Shown piece by piece: positions 42,300 to 50,696 of a DNA stretch of 64,000 nucleotides. The notes beneath the pieces were generated by a model. The model was not told where the DNA came from and ran no database searches. It saw nothing but the letters and a program-made list of their open reading frames with translations. Position numbers and translations under genes: made by a program. The stretch comes from a virus, in IMG/VR virus record IMGVR_UViG_3300012931_000019, positions 18,154 through 82,153 of that record, one strand, 5' to 3'. How positions within the stretch are numbered: the first letter of the stretch is position 1; each line of letters begins with the position of its first letter.

Positions 42300-42680
42300 T
42301 TGGATGATAATGAAAATATAAATATCATCAATTGGGCTAAGAGAAATTCCATGAAAAATAATCATAATTATTTCTGCAAACTTTTAAAGCATTTTAATAT
42401 AAATGAGTGTGATTATAACTTTTTTTGGAACGGGTATGGGGACTATAGCTTGTTGATCACCTTATCAGCAAAGCAGTATTTAATTGAGATTGATGATAGA
42501 CAAATGTGCTATAATTTATTATTTGAAGCCACAGCGTCAAATCAATGTAGAAAACCGAAATATATCGCACAAACAAATAAGAAAATGGAGCCTATTAAGT
42601 TTTATGGTGAAAACGTTATGTATAAGACATTAAAATATATCATTAATCACTGTAAAAGCAAAGGAGAAAAAATAATATGA
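42300..42680 (+). CDS. Soluble hypothetical protein in the agr-like cassette
   Basis: 126-aa ORF closely coupled to neighbours; no recognisable motif. Confidence 0.65.
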   Translation: MDDNENINIINWAKRNSMKNNHNYFCKLLKHFNINECDYNFFWNGYGDYSLLITLSAKQYLIEIDDRQMCYNLLFEATASNQCRKPKYIAQTNKKMEPIKFYGENVMYKTLKYIINHCKSKGEKII

Positions 42681-43135
42681 CACTCATAAGTAAAATTTTT
42701 ATAATGTTTATATTTTCAAGTGTATTTGATGGCTTGATAGTTGTTTCGTATTTTGTTTTGGACAATAATATTGGAAAGCGTTATAACAAATTTATTTATG
42801 GATTTTTTGCAACATCTATGGTAAATGCAATAATGTATGAATTAATGTCTGGTCTTGGATTATGGTTTCAATTAATTTTTATATTATATAGCGGTTTAGT
42901 TTTAGGAATAATATTTAATGTAAATATTAAAAGATCAATATTTTCTGTGTTTAAAGTAATGTGTTTAATGTTGATAATAGAAGCAAGTGTATCTATTTTA
43001 TTGACGGTAATTTTTAAAATTAATATGTTTTCAGTAAATTTTGATGCTAAAACATTGGCATTATGTATGCCACAGAGAATATTAGAATTTATAATTATAT
43101 ATTTTGGGAAGAAAAAAATAATCAAAAAGAGGTGA
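42677..43135 (+). CDS. Multi-pass membrane protein resembling an AgrC/VirS N-terminal sensor domain (no kinase)
   Basis: About five TM helices with LIIE...IF and PQRILEFIIIY pattern; ends without HisKA or HATPase domains. Confidence 0.55.
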   Translation: MTLISKIFIMFIFSSVFDGLIVVSYFVLDNNIGKRYNKFIYGFFATSMVNAIMYELMSGLGLWFQLIFILYSGLVLGIIFNVNIKRSIFSVFKVMCLMLIIEASVSILLTVIFKINMFSVNFDAKTLALCMPQRILEFIIIYFGKKKIIKKR

Positions 43136-43140
43136 TAATA

Positions 43141-43194
43141 ATGGAACAGGTTCGTTGCAAGTCATGGATTTTTGGTGATACCAGAATCAGATAA
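43141..43194 (+). CDS. AgrD-like cyclic peptide precursor, 17 aa (MEQVRCKSWIFGDTRIR; not in ORF track)
   Basis: AGAGGTGA RBS; Cys-x-x-W-x-F then G-D; directly upstream of agrB. Confidence 0.6.
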   Translation: MEQVRCKSWIFGDTRIR

Positions 43195-43220
43195 GTAAAC
43201 AAAAGAATACAAATAATGCG

Positions 43221-43253
43221 GGACTATTAATATTAATAGTCCTTTATTTATTT
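43221..43253 (+). terminator. Hairpin or terminator between the peptide gene and agrB
   Basis: Perfect palindrome GGACTATTAATATTAATAGTCC followed by TTTATTTATTT. Confidence 0.6.
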
Positions 43254-43270
43254 GTATGGAGGTGAATGGT

Positions 43271-43843
43271 TTGATTATTAAATTATCCATGTATATCGTG
43301 GATATGTTACTTAGTTCAAAAATATTTAAGATACAAGACATAGATGATTTTACCGATAAGGTTATATTCTGTGTCTTTTTTATTATTTCTAATATTTTCT
43401 TTTTCGGGTTGGGTATTTTATTACACTGTGCTCTTCAAGTAATGATCGTATTAATTGTATTGACCGTATTGAGATTATTTTCTGGTGGATACCACAGTTC
43501 AGTTGATCGCTGTCTTATGATTAGCGTTCCGTATATTTTATTAATATCTATAATAGCTAAATATGCAATTAATTATTCAGACTTTTTATGTTTTTTAAGT
43601 ATATTAGCAGGTGTTTATATAATTAAAAAAGTACCTATTATCCCTAAAATTGATATGAACAATAAAATAGAAAAATGGTTTCAAGGAAGATATATTGATG
43701 TTTTTCTTTTATTTTATGTAATCAATTATATATGTTTGTCTTTACATAGTGGAATAGGGAATTTAATTTCAAGTTCAATTAGTATGGCTATTCTTGGAGT
43801 AGCTTTAATGATGAGAAAAAATAAAAAGATAAATTATGATTGA
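43271..43843 (+). CDS. agrB: AgrB-family membrane peptidase/cyclase
   Basis: LRLFSGGYH-x5-C catalytic signature in a multi-TM protein; GGAGGTG RBS favours the TTG start at 43271. Confidence 0.85.
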   Translation: MIIKLSMYIVDMLLSSKIFKIQDIDDFTDKVIFCVFFIISNIFFFGLGILLHCALQVMIVLIVLTVLRLFSGGYHSSVDRCLMISVPYILLISIIAKYAINYSDFLCFLSILAGVYIIKKVPIIPKIDMNNKIEKWFQGRYIDVFLLFYVINYICLSLHSGIGNLISSSISMAILGVALMMRKNKKINYD

Positions 43844-43899
43844 ATGAAAGAAGAGTTTTAACGGAATTTTTGAAAATAATAATGTTGAAATTTAAACAT

Positions 43900-43927
43900 G
43901 CACTTTACTTGGTTAAAGTGCTTTTTT
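43900..43927 (+). terminator. Intrinsic terminator closing the agr-like cassette
   Basis: GCACTTTA-CTTGGT-TAAAGTGC-TTTTTT. Confidence 0.75.
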
Positions 43928-43951
43928 ATTGGATTAAAAGGAGGAATTTTT

Positions 43952-44521
43952 ATTAATCAAGTATTAAAATTAGTATCACCTATTTCTCCCAGCGTCAACC
44001 ATTACTTGGCGTATCGGGCGATTATAAAAAACAAGAAGCCTATGGCAATGAGTTATAAGACTTCTGAAGCTACAAAATATCAAAAGGATTTTATTAAATA
44101 TGTGAAAGAACAGGTTGAACTTCAAGGATGGGTTAAGTCTGAAAATAAATTTCAGCATTATTATATGGATACATATTTCTATTTCCCAAGAACAGATATG
44201 GATGCAAATAATTATTACAAATGCCTCGCTGATGCGATAACAGATGCTGAAGTTGTTTGGATTGATGATGTTCAATTGTGTGAAAGAGTACAAGGAATAC
44301 TTTATGACTCACAGAATCCTAGAATTGAAATGGAAATAAAGCCAGTAGACTACATAGGTATATTTAAAGATATATCTCAATTAGATCAATTTGAATCTAA
44401 TTGCGTCGATTGTACAAAGTATAACCGAAATTGTAGTATTCTTGTAAAAGCAAAGGAAGGCAGAATACAGGAAGAAATTCAAAATTTAGTTTGTAGTAAG
44501 TTTAAACAAAATAAAAAATAA
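43952..44521 (+). CDS. RusA-like Holliday junction resolvase with Cys-rich C-terminus
   Basis: PSVNHY, DANNYYKCLAD, IDD motifs; the AGGAGG RBS points to an ATT start. Confidence 0.75.
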   Translation: MNQVLKLVSPISPSVNHYLAYRAIIKNKKPMAMSYKTSEATKYQKDFIKYVKEQVELQGWVKSENKFQHYYMDTYFYFPRTDMDANNYYKCLADAITDAEVVWIDDVQLCERVQGILYDSQNPRIEMEIKPVDYIGIFKDISQLDQFESNCVDCTKYNRNCSILVKAKEGRIQEEIQNLVCSKFKQNKK

Positions 44522-44549
44522 AATTATAGAATATAAGGAGATTACATAA

Positions 44550-45236
44550 ATGACTAAAAAGAAAGTTAAGATAGAAAATGACAATATAGAAGTTATTACG
44601 GAAAAAGAAATAGTTGAAGTTATTGAAGATAAAAAAGATATGGTTTCTTTAGTTGATGTAATTAAGAATAATGCTCATTATACGGTTAAATCATATCTCC
44701 CAATTGTACAAAAGACAGCATTAATTAGTTCGATAGTTGATCTGTGTACAAAACTGAATGAAGAAGGAATGTTGGTTGTTGATTATTGTTATAAGCATCT
44801 CTCAATGTGTTTAACCATTATTATCAGTTACACGAACATAGATATTTCTAATTTTGGTGATGAAGAAGCTTATGATGCTCTTGAAGAACATGGAGTTATG
44901 CAGGAAATTTTTAATAAGATGAATCCTGATGAAGTAAAATTCTTAAATGATACGTTGGAAGCTGAACTTAAACAAAAAGAAATAATTACAAATTGTGTTG
45001 AAGGAATTATAAATAGGGCATTGAATAAGGCTGTGGATAAGTTGCCAGATGCAAAAGATGTTGAAAAAATAACGAAAAATATTCTTAAATTTAATCCTGA
45101 TAAATTGAAATTCATGGTTGATCAGAACGAAAAATGGAACGGCACATTTGGAGGTAAAACTATTAAAGATTTACTAGGTGGATTTATTAATAGTGTCAAA
45201 AATGCTGATAAAAAGTCTATTGACACAGTTGAATAA
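44550..45236 (+). CDS. Hypothetical phage tail-region protein
   Basis: VKSYLPI...YTNI motifs; RBS. Confidence 0.65.
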   Translation: MTKKKVKIENDNIEVITEKEIVEVIEDKKDMVSLVDVIKNNAHYTVKSYLPIVQKTALISSIVDLCTKLNEEGMLVVDYCYKHLSMCLTIIISYTNIDISNFGDEEAYDALEEHGVMQEIFNKMNPDEVKFLNDTLEAELKQKEIITNCVEGIINRALNKAVDKLPDAKDVEKITKNILKFNPDKLKFMVDQNEKWNGTFGGKTIKDLLGGFINSVKNADKKSIDTVE

Positions 45237-45324
45237 CCAAATCAAATTCGGATTTCATGCCAAATTAAATGTTGAAATTTCAAAGCTCACTTTAGTACGC
45301 TAAACCGATTTAGAGGTAATAAAA

Positions 45325-45567
45325 ATGGAAAATAAATTATTTATTTGCGGTAGCAAAAATAATATACCAGAGATAAGAATTTTGCATGATGAGGACTGTC
45401 TTTTAACTACGGAGCAGACAGAAAGATTATTAGAACTTGCGAAAAATCCATTAAGTTATATGAGCAATTTAACAGAACAAGATGTATTAAATATTAAAGA
45501 TTATATCATTGCGGAAGCTAATACAGTTAAATACGCTGAAGAACAAGAAAAGAGGACTGTAGAATAA
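45325..45567 (+). CDS. Hypothetical protein
   Basis: 80-aa ORF, GAGGT RBS. Confidence 0.6.
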   Translation: MENKLFICGSKNNIPEIRILHDEDCLLTTEQTERLLELAKNPLSYMSNLTEQDVLNIKDYIIAEANTVKYAEEQEKRTVE

Positions 45568-45586
45568 ATAGATTGGGAGTGGTGGG

Positions 45587-46057
45587 ATGGATGTAACTAA
45601 TTATGCTCAACTCTTTGCACAAATAGAAGCGGCGGCTAAAGATGTATTGCAAAAGGAAATGGCTGATGCAGTAAAAGAAAAGATATCTGAAAAAGCAGAC
45701 GAAGATATTTATAATAGATATCCATATCCTAATCAATATCCACGTAGACGTAAAAATGGCGGTATATCTGATGTAAGACAAATGAATCATACCGTGGATG
45801 GACTAACTTTAGAAGTTACAGATGATGCAGATTTTAACAGGGAATTTGCAACGGAAGTTGGCTGGTATGGTGGAGTAGATTTATCTAAGTCATTGGCATA
45901 CAACCTAAACTTTGGCTATGGGGATGATGAATGGTCTGAACCATCTCACTTCATAGACGATGCAAGGAATGAATTAGCCTCATCTGGTGAAGTTAGAGAA
46001 ATTATGCGTAAGGGGTTACAGGAGAGATTAGGAGAAGGATCAGTAACAGTTACTTAA
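45587..46057 (+). CDS. Tail component (HK97 gp10-like)
   Basis: YNRYPYPNQYPRR...GG...PSHFIDDA pattern. Confidence 0.6.
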   Translation: MDVTNYAQLFAQIEAAAKDVLQKEMADAVKEKISEKADEDIYNRYPYPNQYPRRRKNGGISDVRQMNHTVDGLTLEVTDDADFNREFATEVGWYGGVDLSKSLAYNLNFGYGDDEWSEPSHFIDDARNELASSGEVREIMRKGLQERLGEGSVTVT

Positions 46058-46077
46058 ATAAAATAATTTCAGAATTT

Positions 46078-46103
46078 AAGACACTCTTCATGAGTGTCTT
46101 TTA
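46078..46103 (+). terminator. Intrinsic terminator
   Basis: AAGACACTC-TTCAT-GAGTGTCTT-TT. Confidence 0.75.
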
Positions 46104-46222
46104 TTGTGCAATTAAAGCACTTATACAGGCAAGATAGTGATTGCAACACGAAAGCCAAAAGTCCTATTGGTTTCTTGCCTATTATTTTAATTATAGGACA
46201 AAACATGAAAGGATGATGTTAA

Positions 46223-47827
46223 ATGTTAATTAGTAAATCAGTTATGATATCATGGAATGGGAAAAATAGGGAAATATATGAAAATTTAGGGTATAAATTT
46301 ACAAAGTGGAAAGATAAATTTGAAGTACAAATTGAAGATTTAAATATCAATAGTGATATAAAAGTGGAAGTTCGATGTGATTATTGTGGGAAAACTATAC
46401 ATGAAACTTATAGTAATTTTATAGATCATAGAAGTAAATCATATGTTCAAAAGGACGCATGTTGGGATTGCAGAAGCTTAAAAATGAAAGATAATGCTTT
46501 AAACAAAAATAAAGATAATAAATTAAATAGAAATGATGTTGGATATTGGCAAATAGAAGAAAATAGATTAAAAGAATTAGATAATTATATTAAAACTTAT
46601 GTGACAATTGATCATATGCGAAAAGACAAACTTGGATATTGTATACTTAATAGTATTTGGAGAAGTAACATGTCTGTAGATGAGTCAGTTATCAAATTAG
46701 GGTATAAAATAGAAGATGTAAAAACAATATTTAGTGTAGATATGTTTAATACATTTGATAAAATATCTGATTGTATTAATCAATATATTGAAAAATATGG
46801 TAGGTTTCCCACAATTACTGAGTGCAATGACAAATTAGGTATAACTCAAAAAGCATTAAAACAGTTTGGCGGAATACATGAAGTAAAAAGAAAAATGAAT
46901 TATAATGGAGTAAATGATTTAAAGGATGATAGAGGTTGGTATAACAAATCTTCATACGAATATATTGTAGCTCAATTTTTAATACATAATAACGTTCCAT
47001 ATAAAAGAGAACAGCGTCCATTTCCAGAAGATGAAGGAAGATATAAAAGCGATTTTACTTTTTATTTAGAAGACGAGATTATACATTGTGAAGTTTGGGG
47101 TTATTATAAAAAGCATGGAGGGTATTCTAAAATTTATATTAAAAATAAAAATATAAAGAAAAATTTATATAGAAAATATAATATAAATTATATTGAAATT
47201 GAGCCAGATATTTTTCGTGATAAATATGAAATGATATATGAGAGACTACGTAATATTTTTGAAAAAGTTTTAGGGTCTGTACATCAGGAATTTAATTTAG
47301 AAATTTTAATTCCACCAAATAAAATGACAGACGAAGAACTTTTAGAAGAAATTATGAAATATAGCGATGATAACGAATATTTACCTTCAGAAAATATATT
47401 GAGAAAATATCATAAATCTAGCATTTTTAATCAAATTATACAAAGATATGGGCATATTGACAATTTTGCATTAAAATTTAATAAAAAATCGAGAAGTTCC
47501 AAAGCTTTCAGCATTAAAAATTATGGACATAATGGCTTATTTCCTATTTATCTGGGATTCATGAATCGCTATGGAGAAATTTTTACTTTAGAAGAATTTA
47601 AACAAAAAGGAATTGGTGATTTACGTAGATATATAGATCATTTTGGTGGTTATGTTCAAAGTAAATTAGATTTTTATAGTTATTGTATTGAAAATAAAAT
47701 AACAATATCTCAAGAAGAAATTATTTGGTTAAAAAAGTTTGGAAATAATGAGTTTAAAAAACTTTATAGGCAAATAACTCCTGATCGGATTAATAAGGCT
47801 AATGAGATATTAAATTTAATAAACTGA
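46223..47827 (+). CDS. Freestanding homing-endonuclease-like protein (zinc ribbon plus PD-(D/E)xK nuclease)
   Basis: VRCDYCG...ACWDC; SSYE...YKSDF...HCEVWG; repeated helical GRFPT-type modules. Confidence 0.7.
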   Translation: MLISKSVMISWNGKNREIYENLGYKFTKWKDKFEVQIEDLNINSDIKVEVRCDYCGKTIHETYSNFIDHRSKSYVQKDACWDCRSLKMKDNALNKNKDNKLNRNDVGYWQIEENRLKELDNYIKTYVTIDHMRKDKLGYCILNSIWRSNMSVDESVIKLGYKIEDVKTIFSVDMFNTFDKISDCINQYIEKYGRFPTITECNDKLGITQKALKQFGGIHEVKRKMNYNGVNDLKDDRGWYNKSSYEYIVAQFLIHNNVPYKREQRPFPEDEGRYKSDFTFYLEDEIIHCEVWGYYKKHGGYSKIYIKNKNIKKNLYRKYNINYIEIEPDIFRDKYEMIYERLRNIFEKVLGSVHQEFNLEILIPPNKMTDEELLEEIMKYSDDNEYLPSENILRKYHKSSIFNQIIQRYGHIDNFALKFNKKSRSSKAFSIKNYGHNGLFPIYLGFMNRYGEIFTLEEFKQKGIGDLRRYIDHFGGYVQSKLDFYSYCIENKITISQEEIIWLKKFGNNEFKKLYRQITPDRINKANEILNLIN

Positions 47828-48287
47828 TTGTACATAAACCCGATGAATTGGTAATTCTATTTTGTCTCAAATTATATACAATATTCGGGACAAAGCATAT
47901 CGGCACTTATTTTAAAAATTGCCAAAGTGCGTAATGAAAATCAGACAAAGTACGTAACAAGGGCATCTTGAACAGAATGTTCGGGATTATATAATAAATT
48001 TGAGAATAACCGTGAGAATAATTTGCGGCTATTTTCTATTTGCATTAAAATACAGAAACTAATTTAAAAATATCGGCATTTTGGTGTAATTTGGAATTTG
48101 TAAAATATGCATATTGCTTTAGGAGAGATAAATGGAAACGAAGTATTATTACTTTTGTAAATATAAAGACGATAACGATATTTTGCTTGTTCGATCTGGA
48201 CAGGGAAATAGCGTGAGAGAAATAGTAGATTTGTTTGACAAATATAGAATATTGGAAATAGAGATTAAGTATAGAAAGTAAAAGGAG

Positions 48288-49373
48288 TTGGAAGTATTGG
48301 CAAAATCTAAAGTAGTTAGAGTAAAATATTTTACACCGGAAAGAATAGCATTAATAAATCCAGATAATTTAGTATTATATGAAAAGTATTTAATGTCAAA
48401 TATAATTAAGAATAAGGATGTTGAACAGACAACTTTTAAAACTTATAAGAACTCAATGCAACAGTTTTTAGTATATCTTGCAGAAAAATGGAATAATATT
48501 GGTTTATATTCTCCTGAATTCTTTGAATCCGCAGTTGATATAATGGAAGGTTTTATGGCATTTTGTGTAAATACATTAAAAAACAATAAGAAGGTTATTA
48601 ATACAAAAGTATCTTCGGTATCAACTTTTTATCTTTGGAGTATGAAAAGGAAATTGGTAGATAGACATCCTTTTGATAAAAAACTTGATAGAATGAAAGG
48701 TGCAAGTGAAGAAAAGATTATTAATTCATATTTTCTAACTGATGAACAGGTAACAGAAATTAGGCGTGGTTTATTAACCGATAAAAAATATGATATTCAA
48801 GACCAATTAATTTTTGAACTGTTTTTAGATAGTGCAAACAGAGTTGGGGCGCTAGACAAAATAACACTATCATCTATGGACTTGGAAAATATGGTTTTCA
48901 ATGATATTAGGGAAAAGAGAGGTTATAAGGTCGAAGTAGCATTCTCTGAAGCAACGAAGGATATTATTAAAGAATGGCTTGAAATGAGAAAAGACATGGA
49001 TAACCTTGACATTGATGCAATATTTTTAACTCGATATAATGGAAAATGGAACAAGATGACATATGGCACGATTCAAGATAGGATAAAACGTATTGGATAT
49101 ATTATTGGTTTAGAAGATTTTCATTGTCACTGTATGAGAAAAACAAAGCTTAACGATATTTATGTTAAAACTGGCGATCTTGCTCTTGCCGCAGAGTATG
49201 GAAATCATAAATCTACAGAAACGACAAGACAAAGTTATATAAAGCCAAAAAGTAAAACAGAAATCAGAGCTAAAATTAATGAGATGATGCAAAAGAATAA
49301 TGAGATAAAGGTAGAAATCGTTGACGAACCTATTGAAATTCCAACAGAATCATCTTCAGAAGAAAATCTTTAA
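48288..49373 (+). CDS. Tyrosine recombinase/integrase (YomM-like position)
   Basis: ANRVG (R), K, HCMR, GNH, SYI: full catalytic set. Confidence 0.9.
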   Translation: MEVLAKSKVVRVKYFTPERIALINPDNLVLYEKYLMSNIIKNKDVEQTTFKTYKNSMQQFLVYLAEKWNNIGLYSPEFFESAVDIMEGFMAFCVNTLKNNKKVINTKVSSVSTFYLWSMKRKLVDRHPFDKKLDRMKGASEEKIINSYFLTDEQVTEIRRGLLTDKKYDIQDQLIFELFLDSANRVGALDKITLSSMDLENMVFNDIREKRGYKVEVAFSEATKDIIKEWLEMRKDMDNLDIDAIFLTRYNGKWNKMTYGTIQDRIKRIGYIIGLEDFHCHCMRKTKLNDIYVKTGDLALAAEYGNHKSTETTRQSYIKPKSKTEIRAKINEMMQKNNEIKVEIVDEPIEIPTESSSEENL

Positions 49374-49403
49374 ATAAAATCAAAAATAATTTTAAAATAT
49401 GTG

Positions 49404-49432
49404 TTGACAGATAATTTAGAGTATGGTATATT
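49404..49432 (+). promoter_or_regulatory. Sigma-A promoter for the ncRNA/tRNA locus
   Basis: TTGACA-17 nt-TATATT, extended TG, upstream AAATAAAATCAAAAATAATT. Confidence 0.75.
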
Positions 49433-49469
49433 ATAGATGTACTAAAGATTATCCTTTCTCTTGTACAAT

Positions 49470-50095
49470 ATCTTTTTTTGTTCTGATTTGTAGTAAGGCT
49501 TGCTATTAGTGTAGTGAGCCTTACTAAAGCAAAATAAATGGCATAGAAGGAGTATTTTATCGGTTTTATATCGACTAAAATAAAAAATAAGTTTTAGATT
49601 TGTATTATGGCTTAACGCCGCCACGAAAGAGATTTAAATTATCTGAGGTTTGGAAAAGGTAGCCAACACCACACCTAGAAGCTTAGTCGGACGAATGTGC
49701 CGATAGTGCGGAATCACAGAAACTTCCCTATATTTTCAATGATGCATTGAATAGTACGCTAGGGTACGATAAAGAATGTTAGGAGATGCAAGAGTACCGT
49801 CTTGCCAGATAATTTAGATATAAAGATAGGTCATTTGTGACCATGTCCATTAATTGCAATAATGGGGTTGACAGAATACGCCTACTACTGGCGTAATAAA
49901 TAAGTAGATTTTAGGTCTTTGAAGGCCATGTTGGTATGTTGGGCGAACTTCCCACGTGAAGTTGAGGTAGTAGACTATGACGATAGTCGAGGGTGGTTAC
50001 ATAAAATTAACAGTTCGGAAAATCTGAACGAAAGGGTAGAGAAGACAGGAGCAATGTTTTGTTAGTTTTAATGCGAAGAAAAGCCTGTCTGATAC
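49470..50095 (+). ncRNA. Candidate structured non-coding RNA(s)
   Basis: No credible ORF; GC-richer than flanks; long hairpin 49491-49526; closing helices TAAATTATCTG/CAGATAATTTA and AGATAGG/CCTGTCT. Confidence 0.5.
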
Positions 50096-50103
50096 ATATA
50101 TGA

Positions 50104-50179
50104 TGGGACTTGGTGAAGATGGCCTAACACAGCAGGTTTTGATCCTGCCATTTCGAAGGTTTAAATCCTTCAGTCCTAG
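50104..50179 (+). tRNA. tRNA-Gln (anticodon TTG), atypical T-loop, no encoded CCA
   Basis: Acceptor TGGGACT/AGTCCTA, D stem GTG/CAC, anticodon arm GCAGG-TTTTGAT-CCTGC, T arm GAAGG-TTTAAAT-CCTTC. Confidence 0.8.
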
Positions 50180-50331
50180 TAAATAAAGGGTGAAAATGTT
50201 TGAATTTTCATCATGTATATATAAAGTACCTTGCGGTGTATAGGTTAACCGCGTAACCCAATAGATTGAGAATTTTAACGGAACTGAAACGTTGAAATTC
50301 CAACACGCACTTTATCACAGTAAAGTGAAAA

Positions 50332-50538
50332 TTATCTATTATTTTTATCTATTTTAAAAATATCATCTAATTCACAATTCAGTACATTACATATCTTTTC
50401 TTCGGCATCAAAGCTAATCGAAGACGTTTTTCCTTCGCATATTTTAACAAGGTGATGGTAAATCAATCCTGTTTCTCTGGATAACCAATATCTTGTTTTA
50501 TTGATCTCTTTTAGTTTTCTGTCTATTTCAATCTGCAT
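50332..50538 (-). CDS. Cro/C1-type HTH regulator (HTH_26-like)
   Basis: TRYWLSRETG...ISFD..EKICNVLNCELDDIF. Confidence 0.85.
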   Translation of the reverse strand: MQIEIDRKLKEINKTRYWLSRETGLIYHHLVKICEGKTSSISFDAEEKICNVLNCELDDIFKIDKNNR

Positions 50539-50653
50539 TTTTAAACACCTCATACATAATTATATCCGAAATAGCCATTTTAAGTATACTGTTTAAAGTG
50601 TATATATGTTTGGTTGTAACCATTTTGGGTATATCTATGTTAGTTATATCAAC

Positions 50654-50682
50654 TTGACTGTATATACATTAAAGTGTATAAT
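50654..50682 (+). promoter_or_regulatory. Sigma-A promoter overlapped by candidate operators
   Basis: TTGACT-17 nt-TATAAT; TTAAAGTGTATA occurs near 50593 and again overlapping the -10. Confidence 0.7.
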
Positions 50683-50696
50683 GTGAAAAAAGGAAG

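Noticed and set aside
47830-48280. 450-nt spacer with several hairpins before the integrase
   Set aside because: No promoter, repeat or recognisable fold I can support beyond terminator-like stems
49630-50095. Assignment to tmRNA, 6S, RNase P or raiA RNA
   Set aside because: I could not find their diagnostic motifs by eye; left as an unnamed candidate
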